Shown here piece by piece: positions 44,636 to 52,812 of a DNA stretch of 64,000 nucleotides (positions are counted from its first letter, which is position 1; each line of letters begins with the position of its first letter). The notes beneath the pieces were generated by a model. That model saw nothing but the letters and a program-made list of their open reading frames with translations. It was not told the origin of the DNA and did not search any database. The translations under genes and the position numbers were made by a program. Origin of the DNA: a virus. The stretch is taken from IMG/VR virus record IMGVR_UViG_3300021373_000005; one strand, written 5' to 3'.

Positions 44636-45040
44636 ATGGACACAGATATTTTCAAAGGAGTTGGCGTAGAAGTCGAACTCCCCACACAAGATAGCTTCCT
44701 CAAGATTAAAGAAACATTGACTCGTATCGGTATATCGAGTCGCAAAGAAAAGAAACTTTATCAATCTTGTCACATCCTTCATAAGAAAGGAAGATATGCT
44801 ATCCTACATTTTAAAGAATTGTTTATTTTAGACGGTAAGCACAATACATTAACAGAAGAAGACATTTCACGTCGTAATACGATTGTGAACCTATTAGAAG
44901 AATGGGAACTTGTTAAGATTGTGGATCCTTCAAAATCAGCGGATCCAATTGCTTCTCTAAATCAAATAAAAATCATTTCATTTAAAGAAAAGAATGAATG
45001 GGATTTAACAGTTAAATATAATATTGGTAAAAAAGAATAG
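44636..45040 (+). CDS. regA: Translational repressor
   Basis: FLKIKETLTRIGI, LYQSCHILHK.G.Y.I.HFKELF.LDG, KIISFKEK.EW.L..KY.IG. Confidence 0.96.
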   Translation: MDTDIFKGVGVEVELPTQDSFLKIKETLTRIGISSRKEKKLYQSCHILHKKGRYAILHFKELFILDGKHNTLTEEDISRRNTIVNLLEEWELVKIVDPSKSADPIASLNQIKIISFKEKNEWDLTVKYNIGKKE

Positions 45041-45078
45041 TTGACATTCTTATCAAACTAGTATATAATATATAAATA
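45041..45078 (+). promoter_or_regulatory. Tandem early (TTGACA-17-TATAAT) and late (TATAAATA) promoters for hsp20
   Basis: TTGACA 45041-46, TATAAT 45064-69, TATAAATA 45071-78. Confidence 0.7.
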
Positions 45079-45165
45079 ATTTAGTAAGGTGCCGTAAGGG
45101 CTTTACAAAAGGTGATGGGTAATAACCATCGAATAATAATATCTAGCTTATTAAAGGAGATAAAA

Positions 45166-45615
45166 ATGACTGGATTAAATATAAATCAACTACACCCTTT
45201 TGCTGTAGGATTCGATAGAGTCTTCGACAGATTGGTGGAGTTCCCTCAAGTACATCAATCACAAGGCTTCCCGCCTTACAATATCAGAAGAGACGAAGAC
45301 AAGTTCTATATTGACCTTGCTTTGGCAGGACTTGATATTGATGATGTAGAAATCGAAGTAAAAGAAGATGTATTAACCATTCGTTCCACATGGGATGAAG
45401 CAGGTGATTACTTCAATGGCGGCGGTGAGTATGTTCACCGTGGTATTTCTTTCAAGAAGTTCAAAAGAAGCTTTACTCTTGCGGACGATATTGAAGTAAT
45501 TGACGCCAACTTCGCAAACGGTCTTTTAACTGTCTCATTGGAAAGAATTATTCCTGAGGCAAAGAAAGCACGTAAAATTAAGATTAAAACTGAGAAAGAA
45601 CTTCTCAAAGGTTAA
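45166..45615 (+). CDS. hsp20: Small heat-shock protein (Hsp20/IbpA-like)
   Basis: GFDRVFD, FPPYNI, YVHRGIS...F.RSF.L, A.F.NGLL.V.LE...PE; start after AAGGAG at 45166. Confidence 0.93.
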   Translation: MTGLNINQLHPFAVGFDRVFDRLVEFPQVHQSQGFPPYNIRRDEDKFYIDLALAGLDIDDVEIEVKEDVLTIRSTWDEAGDYFNGGGEYVHRGISFKKFKRSFTLADDIEVIDANFANGLLTVSLERIIPEAKKARKIKIKTEKELLKG

Positions 45616-45669
45616 TCTATTTTAATCCGGGAGGTCGCAATGGCCTCCCAACTAAAAGGAAACTATATT

Positions 45670-46179
45670 ATGAAACAAGTACCTAACGTTACTTTCAAAG
45701 TAAGAAGCAGAAATGTAGACACAGGTGATTTTGAATGGCAACATCCAACAACCAATGATTATTTTGGTGGTAAGAGAGTTGTAATGTTCTCATTACCTGG
45801 CGCATTTACACCAACCTGTTCTAATAATCAAGTACCAGGATTCGATGTCCTATATGACCAAATTATTGAAGCAGGTATTGATGAAGTATATTGCGTATCC
45901 TGTAATGATACATTCGTTATGAATGCATGGGCTGAAGATCTTAGAGTCAAGAATGTTAAATTCATTCCTGATGGATCTTGTGAATTTACAGCAGGTATGG
46001 AAATGTTAGTCGCAAAGGATAATCTTGGTTTCGGTAAAAGATCTTGGAGATATGCTGCTGTCGTAGAAGACGGTGTTGTTGAAAAGATGTTTGTTGAACC
46101 TGGATTTGAAGATGACTGTCCAACAGATCCTTATGGTGAATCTTCGCCTGAAACTGTTCTTGCTTATTTAAAACAATAA
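45670..46179 (+). CDS. Peroxiredoxin (Prx5/Redoxin family)
   Basis: SLPGAFTPTCS, SCND.FVM.AW, DG..EFT, RSWRYA. Confidence 0.92.
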   Translation: MKQVPNVTFKVRSRNVDTGDFEWQHPTTNDYFGGKRVVMFSLPGAFTPTCSNNQVPGFDVLYDQIIEAGIDEVYCVSCNDTFVMNAWAEDLRVKNVKFIPDGSCEFTAGMEMLVAKDNLGFGKRSWRYAAVVEDGVVEKMFVEPGFEDDCPTDPYGESSPETVLAYLKQ

Positions 46180-46233
46180 AAACAATCCTCGTTGGACAAC
46201 ACTGATAAAGTTGCACCCAGCTCGGCCGTTTTT

Positions 46234-46259
46234 AGGGGATCCTTCGGGGTCCCTTTTTT
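46234..46259. terminator. Intrinsic terminator between convergent operons
   Basis: GGGGATCC-TTCG-GGGTCCCT-TTTTT. Confidence 0.85.
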
Positions 46260-46261
46260 AT

Positions 46262-48223
46262 TTAACCACCGTTTGGATTCAATAGTGCGTCAATACCTGC
46301 GGCACTAAAGTTATATTTTGAATTTGTAGATTTATCTGAGCTATCAATATTTGTCTGTGAATCGCCTGCTTTGATAATTGTGATTGCTTGGTCTGGAGTA
46401 ATTGCTCCGGAACTGATTGCATCTAATGCTTGGTTCATTACTTCTTCACTAGCTTTAAAATCAATTTTACCATCACCGTCAACATCAGATCCTTCGTAAT
46501 CTTCAAACATTTTTCTGAAGTCTTCTAATCTATCTTCTCGTCTATCGCTTGAGTCTTCCCATATATCTTTAAAGCCTTCCCAGAAACCTTTTGGTGCAAG
46601 ATAAATGAAATTGTCTTCATCAGCACCTTCAGCAACTCTCTTATCACGCCTTGCTTCTAATTCTGCCATTACTCTTAATTGTTCTGCTAGGTTTGCATCT
46701 CGTTGTGCTTGCAGTTCAGCAATTCTTGTAGCATCTGTTATATCAATATATGTACCACCGCCCATTCCGTCAGGAACGAACTGTTGATATACTCCACTCT
46801 CTTGTTGCTTTTTTGCTCTCTCTAATATATTCTTTTGTTTGTTTAGTTGTTCTGCTAAGACTGTGTCTGTTTCTAATCTTACTTCTTGGATTTGTTGGTC
46901 AAGTTGACTTTGCCCATCAATCATCGGTTCACCAGTTTCAGGATTTAAACCAGCTTGTATTCTTAAAGCTTTAAGTGATGCATCTGATAGAGTAAAGGAT
47001 GCATCTTCCGCGTGTCTCTTTAACATTTCTAACGCTGCTAAACGATCCGCTTCTATTTCATCCATTTTTAATCGTTCTTCAATTTCAGCAACATCTACCT
47101 TTTCTTCAGTTGTTCTTTGCATTGCTTCAAAGACTAATTTACCTGCACCAACAGCGGCACCAATTGCGAGTCCGATTAAGGCTCCTTTTTTTCCAAAATA
47201 TGAACCAAGTGTTGCACCTGCTGCAGCATAACCAGTAATTGAAATTGCTGTACTCTTCGGTGTTTGGAAATTAGCACGTTCTGCTTTTAATACTTCGTCA
47301 TCAGTTAAGTTTTCATAAGCTACGCTCTCGGCAAGTTTTTCTGTGATTCCGGCAATTGCTATCCCAGCCAATGCAAGCATACCACCCTTTAATGCTTTTT
47401 GAGCGCTGAAGAATCCTGGAGCTGATTTAATTTGGCCCGGTGACATTTTTGCCAATGTAGTTGTTAGGGCGTTTGTTCTTAATGCCTCTCCAACAATGTT
47501 AACTGCTAAAGGTGCACCAAAGTCAACTAATAACCAACTTCCAAGTACAGCGGCAAAAGCAGACCATTTATTACTAAATAATAAATCAGAAAACGATTTG
47601 ATTGATTGTCCAAGACCTTCCCAGTCAATGTCTTCAATAAATTTAGACATTGCTCCACCAGTAAATGCGTCAACAACTCCTCTTATAACATTGAACCCAA
47701 TAAAACCAATCATTGCGCCTTTTATTACTTTGGTCAAGAAACTTACAGGGTTAGACACCAATTGTCCAGTTACTGTATTTTCTTTTAGATTTTTTATATT
47801 TTCATCGCCTTGCTTTTTCAGACGATCTTTCTTTTCCTGTTCTTGTTTCTCTTTTTCTTCTAATTCTTTTCTAGTTAATTCAGCATCATCAAGATCCGCT
47901 TGACGTCTCATTTGGTCTCTTAACTGTTCTAAGACTTCTGTTTGGTCTTCTTGACCTTCAAATGCTTCCCTTAAAGCAGCGGCTTGTCCTGCTGCACCAC
48001 CGACTGATATTGTACCTTCCGCGCCTTCTCCTCCAACCATCTGTCTCATCGAAGCGGATATATCTGCTAATACCTGATTCATAGCATTAAAGCTTTCTTG
48101 GAATTTCTCAAGCTTAATGTTAACAGTTTTTATTGAATTAGTTCTACCATCATTACGCAATAGTCTGCCCTGCTCCGTTAGAGCATCTATTATTGCTTGT
48201 GTATCTGCACTTAATTCAGCCAT
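46262..48223 (-). CDS. Probable tail tape-measure/baseplate hub protein (gp29-like)
   Basis: 653 aa, coiled coils plus Gly/Ala-rich hydrophobic helices; position after gp26/gp51. Confidence 0.55.
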   Translation of the reverse strand: MAELSADTQAIIDALTEQGRLLRNDGRTNSIKTVNIKLEKFQESFNAMNQVLADISASMRQMVGGEGAEGTISVGGAAGQAAALREAFEGQEDQTEVLEQLRDQMRRQADLDDAELTRKELEEKEKQEQEKKDRLKKQGDENIKNLKENTVTGQLVSNPVSFLTKVIKGAMIGFIGFNVIRGVVDAFTGGAMSKFIEDIDWEGLGQSIKSFSDLLFSNKWSAFAAVLGSWLLVDFGAPLAVNIVGEALRTNALTTTLAKMSPGQIKSAPGFFSAQKALKGGMLALAGIAIAGITEKLAESVAYENLTDDEVLKAERANFQTPKSTAISITGYAAAGATLGSYFGKKGALIGLAIGAAVGAGKLVFEAMQRTTEEKVDVAEIEERLKMDEIEADRLAALEMLKRHAEDASFTLSDASLKALRIQAGLNPETGEPMIDGQSQLDQQIQEVRLETDTVLAEQLNKQKNILERAKKQQESGVYQQFVPDGMGGGTYIDITDATRIAELQAQRDANLAEQLRVMAELEARRDKRVAEGADEDNFIYLAPKGFWEGFKDIWEDSSDRREDRLEDFRKMFEDYEGSDVDGDGKIDFKASEEVMNQALDAISSGAITPDQAITIIKAGDSQTNIDSSDKSTNSKYNFSAAGIDALLNPNGG

Positions 48224-48235
48224 TTCTTATTCCTG

Positions 48236-48418
48236 TTAACCTCTGTTATTTTCCCGTGCTTCTTTTTGCTTTTCCAAAAACTCTAATAGCATTTGAAAAT
48301 ATAAATCTCTTTCCCAAGGCATCATACCTTCTATATCACTCAAACTCCATTTATGGTGTTGAGTTAAACCGAATATAATTTGATAATAATGCCCTAGACT
48401 TATATGACTAAGGCCTAG
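48236..48418 (-). CDS. gp51: gp51-like baseplate hub assembly protein; no start codon, probably made by -1 frameshift from gp26
   Basis: Own translation LGLSHISLGHYYQIIFGLTQHHKWSLSDIEGMMPWERDLYFQMLLEFLEKQKE; QHHKWSL..IE.M.PWER is the gp51 signature. Not in the ORF track. Confidence 0.8.
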   Translation of the reverse strand, partial: LGLSHISLGHYYQIIFGLTQHHKWSLSDIEGMMPWERDLYFQMLLEFLEKQKEARENNRG

Positions 48419-48427
48419 GTAAAAAAA
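48391..48427 (-). promoter_or_regulatory. Putative -1 ribosomal frameshift signal
   Basis: U-UUU-UUU, 6-nt spacer, 7-bp stem GCCUUAG/CUAGGGC with a 10-nt loop. Confidence 0.6.
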
Positions 48428-49116
48428 GTACGAATGCCCTCTACGACAAACGTCTTATCATCTCCATTACTATTTGTATATTTCAGTTCTTGTTTTAATT
48501 TTGGCATTGTTTCAAAAAATCTTGTGATCTTTTTAATTACGTCTCCAGACATATTATCCATAAAGTCAGCAATCTCTTGTTCACTATGTTCTTTAAATGA
48601 AATTACTTCATCTTCAGTTGCGATCTTATCTAAACATGCAACCATAATTGTATAATTCAATAATGGGTCGTTTGGACTCATCTCAAGAATACCAGCAAAG
48701 TCATCAATAGATGGGTAATTCAAAAATAAAACTAAGTCATCATTAATTTGAATTTCCTTAGAGTGTTCTGGGTCATGAATTACTTCCATTGTTTCAACAT
48801 CAAAATCAAGTTTAACTTGTTCCTTTGTGTCAGGATCTGTAATCATAAATTCTGTCATATTACTTACAGAGCTTGCTCTTAATTTTAAAAAGACATATTC
48901 TAAATCTATCATTGAGATGTTAGATACATCAACATCAAATAAGCAATTACCTACAACTTGCTTAATTGCCATCATTTCAGCATAAGGGTCTTTAGTCTCT
49001 GCTGCTACTAATAAAATCTTTTCTTCTTTAACCGTAAACGGTCTATATTTAATCTTCTCACCTGAGCTGGGTAATGCCAACTCATTCAAAGGTAAATCAA
49101 TTTTTGGTAATGCCAT
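48415..49116 (-). CDS. gp26: Baseplate hub subunit/assembly chaperone
   Basis: MALPKI...LPS.GEKIKYRPFTVKEEKILL, D.EY.FL.LRA.S, FFETMPKL, V.EG...FF. Confidence 0.9.
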   Translation of the reverse strand: MALPKIDLPLNELALPSSGEKIKYRPFTVKEEKILLVAAETKDPYAEMMAIKQVVGNCLFDVDVSNISMIDLEYVFLKLRASSVSNMTEFMITDPDTKEQVKLDFDVETMEVIHDPEHSKEIQINDDLVLFLNYPSIDDFAGILEMSPNDPLLNYTIMVACLDKIATEDEVISFKEHSEQEIADFMDNMSGDVIKKITRFFETMPKLKQELKYTNSNGDDKTFVVEGIRTFFT

Positions 49117-49130
49117 AATATATCTCCTAT

Positions 49131-49934
49131 TTAAGTACCTGTACCATTATTTTGTGGAATGTTATCTGAAACGCTATCAACTGCGTTTCCTAATCTTTGT
49201 AATCTATTCACTGCGTCTTGTATTGACCTTGGCTTCCCAGCTTTAAGTGTTCCTCTTACTGTATCAGCGAATCCTGCGATATCACCAAGAAGGTCTAATA
49301 AACCTCCTCCTCTTGTTGAACGAGCTCCTGTGTTTCCTGCTTTATCAGAACTGAACTTATAATCTTCAATAGCAAAGTCAACTGTTATCATAGCAACTCC
49401 ACCATTTGTCCAATCTAAACTTAAAGGTGATACTTTAGTAGGAAACGCTCTTTGAATTTCTGTAGAGTAATATACTCCTGGCTGACTATCAGTTGAATAG
49501 TGTCGTATTTCTAAATCAGAAACATAGTTATCAGGAAATCCTGCTTCTCCTTTTAACTTACCACCAAACTCAGAATGTATTCCGCCTGCAGAACTATAGT
49601 TCATTACTTCTCTCATCCATCTATGAAAGAACCTTACTGTATTATGATCTGAATCGCAATAGAAAGTACAAGAGATTGGACCGGGTGTTGTTACTGAAGC
49701 AGGTATTGACCTTGATAGTTGTCCTACATAATCCATTGGAGTCGTAGCTAAATCAACACCAGGAAAATCAACTTTATTACAAAATAAACTAAAGTCTCTT
49801 TCGTTAAACTCTGTAAACTTTTCAGTATCATTCATCCATCTAGGTCTGCCCATTCTTACTTCAAATAAAGAAAGCTTACCAGGACCACCCATTCTTTCCA
49901 TGGACGATTTAAATTTATTAATGTTAAACGACAT
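49131..49934 (-). CDS. gp54: Baseplate-tail tube junction protein (gp54-like)
   Basis: Tail-tube fold pattern FC..V.FPG, I..TFY.D..H...FF..W, AFP..V, V.FA. Confidence 0.65.
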   Translation of the reverse strand: MSFNINKFKSSMERMGGPGKLSLFEVRMGRPRWMNDTEKFTEFNERDFSLFCNKVDFPGVDLATTPMDYVGQLSRSIPASVTTPGPISCTFYCDSDHNTVRFFHRWMREVMNYSSAGGIHSEFGGKLKGEAGFPDNYVSDLEIRHYSTDSQPGVYYSTEIQRAFPTKVSPLSLDWTNGGVAMITVDFAIEDYKFSSDKAGNTGARSTRGGGLLDLLGDIAGFADTVRGTLKAGKPRSIQDAVNRLQRLGNAVDSVSDNIPQNNGTGT

Positions 49935-49940
49935 ATTTTA

Positions 49941-50555
49941 TTATCCTGCTATTATCTTTCTTGAATCTGCCCAAACGGTTCTAGCACCTTTTTTCTGGAA
50001 TTGCGATACTGGTAAGAATAAAGCAATGTCCCATTCAGAAGCTTCTATTTTAATAAACCTAGACTGAACGTGTTTTGCTAAGTACCTTTTAATACAAGGC
50101 TTAAATGCTTTAAACTGTCCTGCCTTTGCTAATACCTCATAGCTTAATTGTAATCTTGTATCTTCGTTATATCTATCATCACTCGATAAACTATACAACG
50201 CATCCATTAATTGTGCTCTTAACTGTGGTGGTAAGTAATGCATATTCAATCCATAGAAACCACCTTTTGCTTTATTTATTGGAAATACAAGTGGAAATGT
50301 ATCGTAATAAGGTAGATCCTCTTTTGTCTTTGGATCATATTTAAAAAAGTACATTTCTCCAATAAATCCTTCGCCTTGTAATCTTGCCTTGGATCTTCCT
50401 TTTTCTGTAGTACTTGTAATTGCTTCTGCTGTGATTTCTCGACCAGCTTTTGATGTAGCTTGGTTACGATACCATTCTCGGGCGGACTTTGTCCTAGCAG
50501 GTATTTCACCGCGTCTTACACCTTTTGCTAATATATCTGAAAATAAGGTTGCCAC
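49941..50555 (-). CDS. gp2: DNA end protector protein
   Basis: G.MYFF.YDPKTK..LPYYD.FPLVFP, GLN.HYLPP..RA, PC.KRYL..HV. Confidence 0.9.
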   Translation of the reverse strand: MATLFSDILAKGVRRGEIPARTKSAREWYRNQATSKAGREITAEAITSTTEKGRSKARLQGEGFIGEMYFFKYDPKTKEDLPYYDTFPLVFPINKAKGGFYGLNMHYLPPQLRAQLMDALYSLSSDDRYNEDTRLQLSYEVLAKAGQFKAFKPCIKRYLAKHVQSRFIKIEASEWDIALFLPVSQFQKKGARTVWADSRKIIAG

Positions 50556-51017
50556 TTATCGAGCTCCTGGAATATGTTTTTCGGTCATAATTGTAAATTG
50601 CCAACCTCTATCTGCACAAAAGGATTTTGCTGCCTTCCATTTGGCTTCATTGATTCCCCATGTTTTAACTTCATTTAAATATCTTCTTGATATTCTACCT
50701 GTCTTTGTTTTATTTTTATTCTTCGGATCTGGTGGTCTACATTGAGCACTTGGTTTAATCTCAATCATAATCGTTTGAGGATTACCAAGATTATCTTTCT
50801 TGTGTACTATCACATCCGGAAAATATCTGTGCACTTTACCATCTATCGGAGACCTGTAAGGAACAATCACTTCTTCGGATTGCCACCATATAACATCACG
50901 ATGCATATCCATCCATTTAAACACTTTAAATTCCCATAAAGACCTATAAATAATCTTAGTAGGATCACCTTTATACTTATCGGGATTTTTTGGTCTAAAT
51001 TTACCCTTATATGCCAT
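50556..51017 (-). CDS. gp4: Head completion protein (TnsA-like nuclease fold)
   Basis: YKGKF.P.NP.KY.GDP..I.YRSLWE, W.SEE..VPY.SP.DG..HRYFPD, IEIKP, NEAKW.AA. Confidence 0.93.
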   Translation of the reverse strand: MAYKGKFRPKNPDKYKGDPTKIIYRSLWEFKVFKWMDMHRDVIWWQSEEVIVPYRSPIDGKVHRYFPDVIVHKKDNLGNPQTIMIEIKPSAQCRPPDPKNKNKTKTGRISRRYLNEVKTWGINEAKWKAAKSFCADRGWQFTIMTEKHIPGAR

Positions 51018-51038
51018 TATATACTTTCCGTCTACTGT

Positions 51039-51046
51039 TATAAATA
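51039..51046 (+). promoter_or_regulatory. T4-type late promoter TATAAATA
   Basis: Exact match upstream of the gp48-gp7 operon. Confidence 0.7.
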
Positions 51047-51106
51047 ATCTATTATCCGTACTACATATTTATTAGAATTAAACGGAATGATCCGAGGAAA
51101 TCATCG

Positions 51107-52165
51107 ATGGCAAGACCTAAAAACGTAAAGTCAAACGCATACAAAACTGGAACTGATAGGTTACAATGGCCTTCAGCTTCATTTCCTCATGGAATTCAAA
51201 TGATTTTCAAGAAATATGACTATAAGGAATTTGTGTCAGGTTCAAAAGTTGGTAATTTATCTTCTGCAGCAGCGGCTGCAGGCGGAGCAGCAGGTTCAAC
51301 TCAATGGAGAACGGCAGAACAAAGAAGAGCAGTGGAATCTGAAGCCTTTGTATTAGAATTACCTATTCCAAAATCTCTCACTGATAGTACAGGAGTTCAA
51401 ATCAGTTCATTTGAAAGAAGCTTCATCGAAGAATTTTTAGTATCGTCAGGTCTTGCAGCAGCAGGCGATCCAATTGGTACTGCCAAGAAACTTGGTAATG
51501 CAATTGCTGGTGGAACAACCGCATTACTTACAGGTAAAGGCGGTGATGTAATTGACGGTGATATAGGAAAAACCTTTGCTCGTCTTATCGGTACATTAGG
51601 AACAAGTGTACTTGGTGGTTTAGGTATCGGAGAAAAATCAATTGGTGCTGCAATGGGTTCAGTTACAAATCCTTTAACAACATTACACTTTAGTGGAGTT
51701 GACCTTCGTTCATTTACTTTTGATTGGCAATTATATCCAGCAAATCCTCAAGAAGCAGATAGTATACGTGATATTGTTAAAAAAGTAAAAGCAAAAATAT
51801 TACCTAAAGTTCAAGGACTAGTTCCATCAGAACAATCAGCTGCAGCACTTACCGCATCTTCAATAGGAAAAGCTTATTTAGAATATCCTTCAGTTGTTTA
51901 TATTAATCTTTTAGGTGTTAATGAAGATCACTATCCTAAATTTAAACCATGTTTGTGTAGTAATATTACAATTAATTATGCAGAAGGAAATGTCTTGACA
52001 GTTGCCGAAGGTGGTGTACCGATGGGCATTTCAATTCAAATGGCTTTCCAAGAACTCGAAATACAAACTGCAGAAGATTACGATGCAGATCCGAACGCAG
52101 GAGTCTCGTTTGACTTGGTTGCTGAAGTATCAAACGCCACACCTACAGATACAGGAACAGAATAA
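51107..52165 (+). CDS. gp48: Baseplate tail tube cap
   Basis: NP....F.GV.LRSF.F.W.L.P.N..EA..I..IV, YP, K.KPC...I..NY. Confidence 0.8.
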   Translation: MARPKNVKSNAYKTGTDRLQWPSASFPHGIQMIFKKYDYKEFVSGSKVGNLSSAAAAAGGAAGSTQWRTAEQRRAVESEAFVLELPIPKSLTDSTGVQISSFERSFIEEFLVSSGLAAAGDPIGTAKKLGNAIAGGTTALLTGKGGDVIDGDIGKTFARLIGTLGTSVLGGLGIGEKSIGAAMGSVTNPLTTLHFSGVDLRSFTFDWQLYPANPQEADSIRDIVKKVKAKILPKVQGLVPSEQSAAALTASSIGKAYLEYPSVVYINLLGVNEDHYPKFKPCLCSNITINYAEGNVLTVAEGGVPMGISIQMAFQELEIQTAEDYDADPNAGVSFDLVAEVSNATPTDTGTE

Positions 52166-52545
52166 TGAGTAAGAAATATTTTGAAGATTTTCCAATTATT
52201 AATTATCAAGGCCGAAAGGTTAGAGATATATCAAGAAGAGCTTCTTTTGTAAGAGCAGTATCTACTAACCCCTATGTATATTATTCTTATACAGTTCAAG
52301 AAGGTGAAAGAGCTGAAGATATTGCTTTGGAATATTACGGTTCAGTGGATTATGTTTGGTTAGTTTATATGGCTAACAATATTGTTGACCCGTATTACGA
52401 ATGGCCGATGGATGCACAAACGTTTAATGATTATTTAGTTTATAAGTACACAGACCAGTCAGGTGAAGTTGGAGAGGATGTTGTCACTTGGACGAGAAGA
52501 GAAGACATTGATGAAAACATATTATATTATATCAAAAAAGTATAG
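52165..52545 (+). CDS. gp53: Baseplate wedge protein gp53, N-terminal part (LysM-like)
   Basis: YF..FP.I.Y, Y.VQEGERAEDIA..YYG...Y.WLV...NNI.DP..EWP. Confidence 0.85.
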   Translation: MSKKYFEDFPIINYQGRKVRDISRRASFVRAVSTNPYVYYSYTVQEGERAEDIALEYYGSVDYVWLVYMANNIVDPYYEWPMDAQTFNDYLVYKYTDQSGEVGEDVVTWTRREDIDENILYYIKKV

Positions 52546-52554
52546 GAATAGCAA

Positions 52555-52812
52555 ATGGCAGTAAATGATATTATTTTAGCACCGGAATCATTCCGAACGA
52601 TTTATCTTCGTAGAGAAGACCGCGTCATTCTGCGTACCGAACGTGGTGAAAAGATAATCATCAAAAGAATTATTCCTGACGATTGGGTAGCTTATCGTAT
52701 TTATGAATACGAAGAAACCATTAATAACAATAAGAAAGAAATCTTTTTGTTTGATAACGCATACTTAAATCAACTTAATCGAGAATTTACTAAAAGTATA
52801 ACTGGTACATAA
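52555..52812 (+). CDS. gp53 C-terminal part as a separate in-frame ORF
   Basis: YEYE...N..K..I.L....Y...L..EF tail typical of gp53; own AGGA RBS. Confidence 0.65.
   Translation: MAVNDIILAPESFRTIYLRREDRVILRTERGEKIIIKRIIPDDWVAYRIYEYEETINNNKKEIFLFDNAYLNQLNREFTKSITGT

Noticed and set aside
46180-46230. SECIS-like element implying selenocysteine in the peroxiredoxin
   Set aside because: The active site is TGT Cys, there is no in-frame TGA and the gene ends in TAA
52543-52554. Genome-wide TAG reassignment (alternative genetic code) suggested by two in-frame ambers in gp53
   Set aside because: gp41, regA and gp26 end in TAG at expected lengths, and long genes (gp43, gp46, gp6, gp7) are uninterrupted under the standard code
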